The translations under genes and the position numbers were made by a program. A stretch of 62,727 nt of DNA, filler included, from Hausera hauseri (taxonomy: Eukaryota): assembly GCA_046269625.1 (NCBI GenBank). It is 10 parts of 10 records of this genome, joined end to end, with 100 filler letters (N's around TTAATTAATTAA, not from the genome) between each part and the next. Parts side by side here need not be neighbours in the genome. Positions count along the whole stretch, not along the records: positions 1 to 6,938 come from JBJURY010049997.1; positions 7,039 to 12,244 come from JBJURY010307609.1; 8 more parts are not named here. One strand, written 5' to 3'. Below the pieces are notes generated by a model. It saw only the letters and a program-made list of their open reading frames with translations. It searched no databases and was not told the DNA's origin. This document shows, one piece after another, positions 1-12,344 of this stretch (positions are counted from its first letter, which is position 1; the number at the start of each line of letters is the position of its first letter).

Positions 1-258
1 TGTAGTTGATATATTCTGTACAACTAAATAATATTCATCTAATATTCAATTTCCAATGTGTAGTTGATATATTCTGTGCAACTAAATAATATTCATCTAA
101 TATTCAATTTCGATTGCGTAGTTGATATGTTCTGTGGAAATAAATAATATTCATCTAATATTCAATTTCTAATGTATAGCTGATATATTCTGTGCAACTA
201 AATAATATTCATCTAATATTCAATTTGTAATGTGTAGTTGTTTTTCTGTAGAACTAAA
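1..258. repeat. 58-bp tandem repeat, about 4.4 copies
   Basis: Unit TGTAGTTGATATATTCTGT(A/G)CAACTAAATAATATTCATCTAATATTCAATTT... restarts at 1, 59, 117, 175, 233. Confidence 0.95.
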
Positions 259-500
259 AGTAGGTAGATAGGAGCGCACCGGATCACACCCGCCCTGCTG
301 ATGGCAAATTGAAGTGGTTCGCGAATGAGTTATGGGGTAGAAAAAATGCTGCACATGCACGGTTAATATGGCAGAGATGGGAGGCATAAAGTCGCGTGTA
401 TGAGAATGAAGTACACAATATGTGCACTGTATGTTTTTAAGGTAGGTACAAAAATTCAAATTTGGTGCGAAAATTTTTTTCTTAAAATTTTAGTATAATT
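259..500 (-). mobile_element. Polinton/Maverick-like terminal repeat
   Basis: Begins AGTAGGTAG; homologous (reverse complement) to 26051-26235 and 32150-32384, both ending CTACT; lies just downstream of a pPolB remnant. Confidence 0.6.
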
Positions 501-699
501 GTTTAAACTGATCTCATCGTGGTTTCACTATTCTCACACCACTTTGTTTAAATTTTGCAAAGTTGATATTAATTACTATTACGGAAAGTGTACATATTTA
601 TTAGAAGCCTAAATAACAAACCAATATAGGATAGATTAAAAACTTATTTATATAACATATACAAATAAATACAAAATATGTACAAAGAAAATGTTCACA

Positions 700-1090
700 C
701 ATTTATATAATAATGTCCGTATGCGACACTTATTTTTCTGCATCCAGTGTCGTTTATCGTCAAAGGGGTCCAACGCCTTTTTTCTCCATTGGGTTGTCAT
801 CAACTGCTGATATTTGATCCCAATTTGCTCTTGATCCATCATGGGGCTACAACTGGTTTCGTATGCTTATAAGTAGTTGCTGAACTGTAGGTCTGTCTGT
901 TTGAGATTGATCCCTTTGCATTTGAGCACTGATTTGCTTTGGGTTTTCAGTGCATTATTTCGGCCGTAGGAAAATCCCCTCTTAATACTGGACACAGCCC
1001 TAAGTCTCATCCATAAATGTCGCTATTACAAATGCGAAGAGTTGCGTACAGGGGATCACTTTTATCATAGTTGGAAGTAGCATCATTGAC
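700..1090 (-). pseudogene. C-terminal remnant of protein-primed DNA polymerase B (Polinton/adintovirus type)
   Basis: Frameshifted translation SNYDKSDPLY..FMDET..EGIFLRPK..KCKGINLK..KKALDPFDDKRHW matches the pPolB C-terminal motifs SNY..HPLY/FKDE/LRPK/KAKG/KALSPFDDKR. Confidence 0.75.
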
Positions 1091-1149
1091 AAAGTTCGCA
1101 TTCAATAAAAAATTCGTCCAAATGCTATTTTCATTCTTAATTCCGAACA

Positions 1150-2650
1150 CTTTGAGTGATTGATGTTTAGAGGTTTTCTTACGTACGTTCGAAACAGAAC
1201 AAAAAGTGATAGAGCATTACGACCAAGACCACAGTTCATTGCTCATACCAGTTTTGGAAAATCATTTAAACCGTGGTAACCAGACTACTAGATGCTTTGG
1301 TTTTCTAAACACATCAGTACTTTGGATGAAAGATTCGTTTTTATCTTTGGAAATCCAAATGCTGTTTTAAACGTCCTGTCTACTGAAATTCAAAGGCTTG
1401 TTGCAAATACCGTTGACACACTTGTTAAAGAATTTGACGAAGAAACGCAAGAGAAAATCTGTGATAGTCTACTGGCGGTGCTTTTCAACAGAGATACCGA
1501 TGCCGAACGACGTGAAATTGCTTTTGGACTAGCCGGTGTCACCAAGGCTGTTGGAATAATTCGATTAATGCGTTACAAAATGCAGTATGTATTGAATGAA
1601 GCTACACAAAATAAGAAAAATGATAAGCATCGTGAAATCGCACTTTTTGCATATGAACAAATAACTCCTAAAATGGGATAAATGTTTGAACCATACATGC
1701 CGCAATTCATGTGCTTCCTGCATGACTCTTTTACCGATCTGCACATAAATGTTCGAAAGGCCGGAGACTACACTGCTAAGCCTGTATGCTCCCGCAGTGA
1801 AACTAGTTCCGACTCAACTTCTAGACGAGTTGAAGCACCAAATCAGTTGCAGTGGAACTGCTTGATTCCAGTGCATACTGTGCACGCACATAGTTGTCTA
1901 CTGGTTTACCGACGGTTGTTCCGAAGATGGTAACTATTATGTCCGGCTCGCATCCTAACTTTATAAAATCTTGTAAGCAAGCTCTGAGAGAAGTTCAAGT
2001 AAAAGTGTATTGTGTGAACCAATGAAGAAAACGAATGAAGGTCTTGATGTGTTCATGGCACTAAATTTATTCATAAAGTCGATGCTGCAATGTTGGCCTC
2101 AAGCATATCTATGATTATCTGCGCATTTAAAGAACGAAGCAGTGAAACAAAGCGAAAGGTCACTCAAATTACTACCAATTTTTATTCACTAACTGACGAT
2201 AAGGATTCACAACCTGCAAGAGTTTACTTCCAAGCTTGCTAAGTTGCTTGGTAGATCCGGATCCGTCTGTTAGAACTTTAGCCAATACAGGTCTAGGAAC
2301 GGAAGAGAAGGTTATGAAGTCTGATATACATGGTGAATTGATATATTGGTTGACGCAAACACTAAAATACGAAACTAGTTCGGTGAATCGATTTGTAGCA
2401 GCTCAAGGTTTGAGTGAAATATTACTTCAGAAGGGTGTAAATCATCTGCGCAAGTTTATCTCTCACATTCTGAAGAATTCACGAAATCAAAACTTGCTGG
2501 CTCACGTCAGAGATGGATATTTGATGTTAGATATATTTGCCAAAATTATTTGAAAATCGGTTTGTTGAATACGTGGATGTAATACTGCCTTCTTTTCTCC
2601 AGACCCTGTTGGATAAGGTTGAATTTATGCGAGAAACAACTATGGGAGAA
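1150..2650 (+). pseudogene. GCN1: GCN1 (eIF2alpha kinase activator) HEAT-repeat fragment, decayed
   Basis: AERREIAFGLAGVTKAVGI, REIALFAYE..MFEPY, DPDPSVRT, WLTQTLKYETSSVNRFVAAQGLSE, HVRDGYLM, LLDKVEFMRET follow the order of GCN1 motifs; stops, frameshifts and internal deletions; no obvious introns. Confidence 0.9.
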
Positions 2651-2809
2651 TCATTTAAAATCTCAAGAGATAATGGAGATAAATTGGTTAATGCAGCATC
2701 AGACGTTCCTTATATCGATTCGCCAATGATAATATACACTAGATTACCCAAATTAAACCGATCTTTATATTCATACATAACATATAACCAAGGGTTTCTT
2801 CTCCCTAGC

Positions 2810-5800
2810 ATCAACGTTCAAGCGAATCGTGTCGCCATCAAACCGGGTACCACTTTCCTAGCCGGATTCCACAATGGAAGGTTTTCTCCTGGCACCTCTG
2901 TGCCGTTGTTGCAGTGCGACGTACTCGGCTGTTTGTCCGAAGGCCGTGCGTCGCGCGTCATGCAGCGCGTGGCCATTACATCAAGCCCACCTTTTCTATT
3001 CTTAAATTTAATAAATATTCATATATACACCGCAAACCGCAATACGCTAGGGAAACACCTATACACTTCGATCTGTAATGACACTCATATCAAACTTCAC
3101 CTTATTTCTAAACGGACTCATCATTCACCATGACGATCTTTTATGCACTTTCCAATCACATCCTTCCTAATCTCTCTTTATCGATCTTAACTTTAAACTC
3201 CGTGGCGGTTCTGACCTTAACTCTGAGGTCTTCTCCGAGGTTATTTCTTGTCATCTTTGCCAATTCAAATTCGCGCACTCTTCACTGTAGTTTATAATTC
3301 TACGTCGCTCGACAACCTTGCGCAACTGGTAGATAAAAGTTATAAAATCTTTCATACCAATAATTTACAAACAACATTTTCAGCTTTACAAGCAATGCAA
3401 TCACCACCGAACACGAACAATATAATGAATCAAATTCAAAATTTGCAAGCCGAAAATGCAGCCCTACATGAGGCCATTTCGGCTATCTCTAATAAAATGG
3501 ACGCTTTGTCCCTACCGTGTTGCGATCGATTTAGGCGGATGGAAGCAGACAGTCGTCTGCAAATTCTAGGCACGCCCAGTCGCGTTCGTGACAAGTGGTG
3601 TGCTATTATCATTCAGAATTCAGTAGAAATACAAAGAAATATTGTACAGGCTGTCACTTCTATACCACAGTAAGTTCAAAGACAATTCAAAACGCTGCTT
3701 ACATTGGTGTAAGATTTGCTCCTTGAGCACTTCAGGTACTTCTATTTCATCTAATCAAAAACATATAAAGCCACCAGAAACTACGGCATATTCTGACAAA
3801 AATCCTGTTCCATTTTCACTGCCGTGAGTCTAGTAACTTCGACTTATTGGGCGCTGCATTCACATCTTTTTCACATACTAGATTTATTAATTCAAGTGCA
3901 ACTGTTTCCTTACTGTCCTCATCTTTTCCTTCACTAAAAATACATCCTACGTCTACCAAACTCTTCACTGCCAATGGGCAAGCCTTACGCATTTTTGACG
4001 CCGCAGAAATTTTCACTTTATCACATTTCTCTGACTTATTTCAATGAAAATTCATTGTTGCTGATATCAAAACCCCAATATTAGGCTCCGATTTTTCATC
4101 ACATTACAACTTACTAGTCGACTGTAGACAACATCGTGTGATAAAAAATACCAATACTCAAACATCACAGAATAGTCCCCACTGATTGCGCAGCTGACTA
4201 TGCCGAAATCTACATTAAAAAATTCTAAAATAAAAGATAAGTTGAATGTCAACAACACCAATTGTGATTGGTCCATTCATACTACCACGCCAAGTTGAAC
4301 CGCAGATATAAACCCCATTTTTTAGCCTTCATCGCCATTCATGCAACTCGATGTACTTATGTGAGACTACATCAGCACATCCTGTTCTAGAACAGTTAAA
4401 AACCCTAATTTCAAGCCTTCTACGACGTATTACCACATTGTTTACAAATACGTGTCACAATGCTCCGAATTAACTGCACCTTTTGCATTTTTATCGCGTG
4501 ACAAAAAAACAATTAATTCATTGGACCTCCGAACTTGTCAACCAATTCGACCACTTACGCGAGGGTTTAAAAAGCAATTGAAATCATAGCATAATCAGAA
4601 CCGGACGGAAAACGAATACTCATCGCAGATGCCTCTACCACAGCTGTTGACGCAATACTCCACCAAATATACAATGGTAACAGTGAGCCTCTGGAATTCT
4701 ATTCTCGCAAACGCACACCAGCTGAAAGCCGTTATTCAACCTTCGACAAAGAGCTCTTAGCCATAGTTTTAGCTTTAAAGCACTTCTCGCATCTATTAAT
4801 CGCTAGGGATTTTACCATCCAAACAGACCACAAACCTTTGATTGGCATTATGGACACGAAAACACCTTCACCTAAACAAGAACTTCACATTGTACTTGCC
4901 GACATTCAATTTTAAAATGGTACATACTTCAGGCACTGACAATCTAGTTGCCGAGATTTTGTCAAGATCAGTTAACACCATTGGAGTCGTTCCAATTTTT
5001 TCACAGGCAGTGCTTCAACAAAACGGCCAAACGCAGGGTTTTCTTAAATCCTTTAAATCACTCCAAATCATCGACGGAATTTCTTATGATACTTCTAAAA
5101 CCTGTAATCACAAACCCATACTATCCTCATCTTTTCAGAAAACTGCATTTTATAGCGTTCACTCTCTTCATCATCCAGGTTCCAAAGCAATCTTTCGTAT
5201 TTTGCAACGCAATGTTATATGGCCGTCGACAAGATCAGACGTACAGGCTTGGATTAAGGAGAGCGTGCCATGCTAAAAATTCAAAATTAACAAGCATCTG
5301 AAGCCACCACTATATCACTTTCTTTGTACGTCACGTTTTGAGTCCGTGCATATTGATCTAGTTGGCCCTCTTCGTCCAGACAACGGTCATCATTTCATAC
5401 TCACCATGATGGACCGTTCTCGATGAACAGAAGCCATTCCATTAGGCTCCACCAACACGGACAAAATCGCTGAGGTCTTCATAAAAACATGGATCAGCAG
5501 GTTTGACTCACCTCGTTTCATAGTCACAAACAAAGGTCCGCAATTCGAGTCAAACTTATTTAAGTCACTAGTTAATCGCTTGGGGATTAAACACATACAC
5601 ACTTATCCATATCGTAACCAAACGAATGTTCTACTGGAAATATTTAACCGCGCAATGAACACCTCACTTCAAATCCTTGCTGAATCACATAGCAACTGGA
5701 CAGCTTTTGTACCTCTTGTCCTGCTCGGTTTGCGAAATACACCATCCACAACTACGGGTTGTGCACCGACTGAAGCATTGTTCGGAACACCTATTCGCGC

Positions 5801-6630
5801 ACTGTGTTGACTGATCTGGATGAGACACCGACAGACGAAATGATTCGAAATGTGCAAGCTCACTTTATTGCACTAAATAAAGATTCATTTTGCAAAACAG
5901 TAAATAACGACAAGTCAAATATACCAAATGATCTTTACACCACCGAGTTTGTCTGGTTTCGTAATCCTTCACCTTATGGTTTTCAACCATAATATGTTGG
6001 GCCATTCAAACTACTCTCTTTATCCTCTCACACGACTACAATTCTTGAAAGTTGCCAAAAACAAACCATACACGTCATAAACTTAAAACTCGCTTTCTTC
6101 GTTGATGATTCTCCTGAAGACACAAACCAACACCAACTCTACTGGTTCTTTTCTTGAGTCCTTTGTCACTACATCATCCTCTTCTAATTTAACTAACCAC
6201 ACACCACCTCCATTTGATGGCAAACCTTCCCTCAATTCTTCTTTTCAGTCTCTCCTAAATTCTCAATCTTCTTCACATCTTCAACTTTCTTCAAACACGC
6301 ATTCTTCTAATTCTGGATCACTTCATATCTTTCCTCAATACTCTTCAAATTCTCAATCTTCGTTGAATCCTCCATCCTTCAATTCTTTTTCTCTTTTTCA
6401 CCTTCAGATAATTTTCCCTTGCAATCTTTACTTCCTAAACTAAAACAACACCCACGACAAAATCTGACAACCTTTCCAAAACCTACATCTCTGCAAGAAA
6501 GCTCAATGCATACAAACAAAACATGCAGAGTAACATTCAGCATCTACAGTAGAGAAATAAACTTATAACGAATTCAACACCTTATACAGACAAATTCTAT
6601 ACAGGCCCAAAACCCATTTTATTTTTTGCC
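2810..6630 (+). mobile_element. CsRn1-like Ty3/gypsy LTR retrotransposon copy 1 (U5, PBS, gag, PR, RNase H, IN; RT deleted)
   Basis: PBS-like TGGCGGTTCTGACC at 3203; CHCC gag fingers; degenerate protease FINSSATVSLL; RNase H ADAS/QTDHKPL; integrase HIDLVGPL. Confidence 0.9.
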
Positions 6631-6631
6631 A

Positions 6632-6938
6632 TGAATGCTACCTTCACACATTGGCATGCCACCCACAGGCACTGAAGCACACCAGCATCACGCATTCTGG
6701 CTTTTACACCTTTGGATGATGAAAGCCACAATCCAACATCAGTTTCTTTTTAAAGAAACAAGCAGAAAGTTGGACTCATTTTACCACAGATTTTGTGTCC
6801 ACTGGATTTCTGTCTGTCTGAGATAAGCTTGTGCCAAAATGAAACTCGGGAAATTTCTCTGCAGAGTTGATGAATGGCTTCCTCCTTGCACAATACATTT
6901 TCAGGTTGCATTTCTGGAGGTGGCGGCAAACTGTGCTG
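6632..6938 (-). mobile_element. Tc1-like transposase fragment
   Basis: Minus-strand STVCRHLQKCNLKMYCARRKPFI and a degenerate KP..VM segment typical of Tc1 DD34E transposases. Confidence 0.65.
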
Positions 6939-7038
6939 NNNNNNNNNNNNNNNNNNNNNNNNNNNNNNNNNNNNNNNNNNNNTTAATTAATTAANNNNNN
7001 NNNNNNNNNNNNNNNNNNNNNNNNNNNNNNNNNNNNNN
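6939..7038. other. Artificial contig linker N44-TTAATTAATTAA-N44 (also 12245, 21800, 25951, 31415, 41426, 47158, 53502, 58289)
   Basis: Identical 100-bp spacer with stops in all six frames occurs nine times. Confidence 0.98.
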
Positions 7039-7314
7039 TTATTAATATGATGATCCATGGATGTTGATAGGACACAAGTTGTGTCCGCGACCGCGGTACC
7101 ACCTCACCCCCCCATGGCAGAAGAGAAACTATATAAGGATGAACAGTGTTTACCGGCTATTCGGTTTTAGTATGAGTTTGACGTTGTGTACCAACACAGA
7201 ACTTTTCTCTGCTGTAGGTACTGAATGTCACCCTGCGTACGTTACTGGATGGATTTATGATAGGATGTTGAGTGATGTTTTCCGATGGAGATGATAGAGA
7301 AAATGAGTGTCAGT

Positions 7315-10300
7315 GCGATGAGTGTCAGCCAAGATTTTTAAGGAGACTTTCATTGTTCGATAGAACCTTTCAAGAAGGCCATTTTCTTGAGGATGATATG
7401 GTTTAGTATGAAATAGGGACATTCCCAAGCGTTTGACAAGTGATCTGAAAAGTTCCAACTCAAATTGCGGAGTTTGATCCGTTATTATGTAACGTGGGGA
7501 ACCTAAGCGACTGATCCAGATTTTAATAAAAGCGTCGGCAATTGAATCAGTGTTCGTTGAACGAACGGGAACGGCTTCAGGCCAGCGAGAAGCACGATCT
7601 ATCATGGTAAGTATATGTTGATGCCCGCTGTCTGAAGGTAAATGACCTACGAGATCAAAATGAACCGTATGGCAACGTGATGTACAGGGAAAATAGTACA
7701 GAAGCGGTTTAAGGTATTTGTTGATTTTGTATTTTTCACATGCTACACTTTCCTTAACCCAGCCCTGTACATCTTTGCGCATTGATGAGCATACTACATG
7801 ACGTTGAAGCAGGCGAAAGGTTGCTTTCGAACCCGGATAATGAAGTGAATGCGTATGAAGGAAAGCTGGCTTTTGTAAAGATGGAGTTAGAATTATTTTT
7901 TATTACCGGAATTCGACGTATCAAAAGCAATACCATCAATGATTTCCAAGGATTTGAAGGAACTAAAGAAGTCAGCAGACGGTTGATTGGCCTTTAAGAC
8001 TTCGGATGAGAAAATCGGTTCAACTGTAATGGACCCAACCGACCTCGATAGAAAGTCTGCTACCAAATTGTCTGTGCCTGAAATATGTTCCAAAACAAAA
8101 CTGAATGTAGACAGATATGATATATGTCGCTCTTGCCTCGGTGATGGCTCTTTTAACGACGTGGTGTGCAGCAGAGGCTTGTGGTCAATTTGAGTTACAA
8201 ATGGACGAGAGAGAAGTAGGTGTTTAAAATGTTTTACTGCCAGAACTATGGCGAGTAACTCAAGGTCAAATGTTGAATAACAGCTTTCGGGTTGTGTAAG
8301 CTTCCTAGAGTAAAATTCTAATGGCTCATCATCCCTGTTGGAAATTTAATGTAGTACTGCACCGGTGGCTGTGGTTGAGGCATCGGTGGTAAGTATAAGA
8401 TCTGCGTTGGGCTTTTGATAGGCCAGTATTCCGACGGATTTAGACCATCGCGTAAATGATCAAACTTTCTTACTAAACCAGAAGTCCAGTGAATCAACTG
8501 CCTCTTTTTTTCGGATGATAAATGTGCAAAAGGCGCTGTGAGCTCAGAACAATGAGGTACGTATTTGTGGATGAGGTGGAGTGTGTCTAAGAAGCTTCTC
8601 ATGTGCGTAGTAGTCGTTGGTAGAGTTATATGTTCAATTGATGTGGTCGATCCGGTTGTAGAGAATGGCCGTAAGGAGTGATGATGTGACCTAGGAAATT
8701 TACACGTTTTTGAAAGAAGTGACACTTGGAGAAGTTGATTTGCAAATTACTGTGATGTAATCTGTGAAAGATAATACGAAGGTGTTCTTGATGTTTTTTG
8801 ACAGACGTAGAGGCAACCAATATGTCATCAATATATGGATGAGCGAATTTAGGCCTGAAAGTACAGTATCAATGTGCCGTTGGAAAGTTTGAGAAGCACT
8901 ACGTAAACCAAATGGCATAAAGATATATTCGTAGAGGTCAAATGGGGTAATAATAGCACTTTTTAGAATATCATCAGATGAAACAGAAATTTGATGATAT
9001 GCCTTATGCAAGTCAATTGTGGAGTACGTATTAGTGTTGGCAAGGCTGTGCAGGATGTCATTTATGAGAAATGAAGGGTAAGCATCCAAGATTGTTAGAT
9101 TATTTAACTGGCGACAGTCACCACATAGTCTGTAAGTGCCATCTTTTTTGTTACTACATGCAATGGTGAAGCCCATAGTGATTTCGATCTTCGAATTATG
9201 CCAGTCTTTTCGAGTTCGTTGAACTCTGATTTAACAGCTTTTCCTCTGGAAAGTGACAGTGGCCTTACCTTTCGTCTGATAGGTCTTTGGTGCTCGGTGA
9301 CTACGTGGTGATATGTTGTAGAATGTGGCTTGAAATTGATGTCCTTTTTAAGAGTGTGGAACCAAGAAGTTTTGATGAAGGATTTAAGGTTGGATTCCAG
9401 CGATAAGAATGATGAGGGTATATTAGTGGAAGAGTCAGTGGCTTTAATTGATGTAGAATTACGGAATACTTTATTAATGATATTCGGTTCAATCGATTGT
9501 TTCAAGATTAATTTGTTCTCACTTGATAAGATTAAAAATATTGATGAATTATTAAATGTGTTGTTATCAGCCGACGAGGAGCATGTCACATTGACATTTG
9601 AGTGAACAGAGGAAGTCAAGATGTCCGAATGGTCGTTTGGTGAGCATTTGTTGGTATTTGCAACGGAGTTTTTATGCAGGAGGCATCTATGCTTACAGTT
9701 GCCTAACAAATCGTTTGCAGCCAGGAAATCGGAGCCTATTATGGGCGATCTGATATTGGTTATGTGAAATTTCCAGGAGAATTTCCCTGGTAGATTGAAG
9801 AATGTGAAAGTCAATTGTGTGGTACCTACAAAGTTTAAAGGTTGACCACAGGTAGTAAAGAGTAATGGAGAGAAAACTGTGTTAGATATAGGAGCAAAGG
9901 ACAAAGGGAAAAGTGAAAAGGCAGCTTCTGAATCGATAAGGAAGTCTATTTGTAATGTAACTCCAAGTAACATTTCAGCTTTCAACAGAAAGTACTGCAG
10001 AGGCGGTGTCGAAACAGCCAGACGTTTGAGCGATATTGTTTGTACCAGAATGTACCATGGCATCTGGTGGCGTTATTAGTTTTTTGAAGGTTTTGGAGAA
10101 AAGGAAGAGGAGAAGAAAAAACGAGATTTACTTTTGTAATGTTTACAACCAGGCACACATGATCTAGCCCGTGACTGAAACTTATTGTGATATACGCAAA
10201 TGGGGTTGTCCACACCGTACCGTTTGCTGTAGAACCGACAAGCCAAAAAACAATTCCTAGCATCCCTTCGAAATCGCGTGTGATAGAAGCAGGTCATGCA

Positions 10301-11400
10301 TCCGCCAGTTGAAATGGATCGAGTAGTGTCTGAAAATGCTTCTCTCTCTTGAAGGTCTGGTTTCGCTTTGTCTAGGCCTGTTAAGATTATTTAGTTTGGT
10401 AGTAATGGCTAGAATCGACTGCTGTCACTCGTATAACTGTTGCTGCATTATTTGCAATTGTTCTAAAAATGAAGTGTTTTCTGTGTATGATGGTGTGTGA
10501 GCCGTTGCTGCAGCTATTGTTTGTGAATTATAAGACTGCAAAATGTCAAAACTTTTGTCTGTCAATAGGGCGAGCTTTTTATGGGCCGTTGAGTCGTCTA
10601 CTACCTTGAGCAGCGCTCTGATGGAGGTTGGCGAAGACGAAAGGAAATACCGACGAAGAAGATCGGCATTGTTTATAGGAGTGACGCCTAAAGAACTCAA
10701 TTGAGAGATCGCAGTTTCAAGGAAATCTGATGGTTTTTGATTTCCGATGGCGTGTTTATTAACGTATTTCTAAATTATCCTGTCAATGGAAGGGTCGGTG
10801 ATATGCAGAACTGAATCATAAAGCATATCATATGGACTTGAAGAGGTTAGTATATCGGCCAGATTATTGATTTGCTGCTTGATATTAGCTGAAAGTTGTA
10901 GCAGCAAACTGTTCGCCCGCAAAAAAGAGTCTGTGATATTATTGGCTTTGAGCCATTGCAAATGAAACTGTAACCAAGTGCAACTCGAATTGGTTTTATC
11001 AAGAAAAAAATCTGTTCAGGGAAGATTTGGAGATGTAGTTTGTGTGGGGTCGGCAGAACGACGACCAGATCTGGTTTTGGTTAAATTTTCGGCGGAAGGG
11101 TCATGATCTGATCCACCACGGATAAGAAAATGAACAGTGAGTATCACTGAATGTTTTCCGAATGCAAAAGATGATAGAGTCGGAAGGTAACAGAGTCAAG
11201 CCATTGTGAATGCAATAAAAGTCGGAAGAGCCGAAAAAGGAAGACAATGCAAAATAAAGGATGTGCGCCGTATGTTTGCATGCAACCCTTAGTGTGTATT
11301 CATGTTTATTATTGAAAAAAAGAATGGAAAGGGGATGCAGTGCAGCGGGGGCGATCACGCACGGTTCCCCAGTCAGACAATTCCTTGGTTGATTAATCAA
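7315..11400 (-). mobile_element. CsRn1-like Ty3/gypsy copy 2 (diverged subfamily; gag-PR-RT-RH-IN, frameshifted)
   Basis: Gag WLKANNITDS..PYDMLY, double CHCC finger, FLIDSEAAFSL, MPFGLRSASQTFQR, YIDD near 8830, VHFDLVGHLP, YHPQENGLLERF. Confidence 0.93.
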
Positions 11401-12344
11401 TAGAGAAATGTCTAATAAAAATCCAATTAAAATTACTTTGACTCTAGCCCTTTTGGGTCTTTCCAGCGAAATGACTTTCCATTGAATGACTCATCGAATG
11501 GACGAATACACCATCGGTGAATATCACCAGATACGATTTAGGTTCAGGATTGGCATCTGTTAGTTGCAACATTTCCCCCGTAGTCATATTGACAAACTTT
11601 TTAAGAGCCCTTTGGTTTAAATCGCTTCTCAGTGAGTTATATTGGAAGTCTGAATACATGGATTGCTCAATAGTAGACGATGACAGATAGCTATCAATAT
11701 TAATATTCTTGAATTATGCTAACGGTCCAATTGTTTCGACATACATAGCATCAATCGTGATTGCGTTGGATTGTTTTGCGGATTTATCATTTTATGCATT
11801 TTAGTCAAAGGTCTTTGCCTTCCCAGTCATTTTGAACGCTGTACCATCATTAGGATTTGTTGGAGTTAATAGATTTTCTTGTTCCATATTGTCGGTGCTG
11901 ATCTTATTCTCACAATTTATCCAAATCAATGGTACCTGAACAAGCAGTTGAATAATCGACTTGTAATGCCGAAATCAACGAATAATATAATTTAAAGATT
12001 TTTTAATCGAAATATGGAAGCACTAATCAATGCTGCTCTGGCTTCTTGATAGCCTTGAAAATTATTCCAATAATTGAAAAATGCCATAATATCAGCAACT
12101 CGCATAATAGCAGTAGCTCGGTATTAAGTATGTTCTTCACGAAGTATTGAAAACACAAAAGTAGTTAGAAGGAAGGACTTCGCGCCAACCCCCCCCCCAC
12201 CCCTTTTCTATTTGGCTCTAGGTGTAGCCCAACTTTCGTATCTGNNNNNNNNNNNNNNNNNNNNNNNNNNNNNNNNNNNNNNNNNNNNTTAATTAATTAA
12301 NNNNNNNNNNNNNNNNNNNNNNNNNNNNNNNNNNNNNNNNNNNN

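Noticed and set aside
1-258. CRISPR-like repeat
   Set aside because: Plain tandem repeat without spacers
1150-6540. Functional link between GCN1 cargo and PP1 motifs (integrated stress response module)
   Set aside because: GCN1 piece is heavily decayed and other copies carry unrelated cargo; coincidence is more likely
6983-6994. Repeated TTAATTAATTAA palindrome as a biological motif
   Set aside because: Always centred in identical N spacers; assembly linker
7040-7312. Solo LTR of another family truncating copy 2 integrase
   Set aside because: TATA-like and TG/CA features present but no matching TSD found; left side cut by linker
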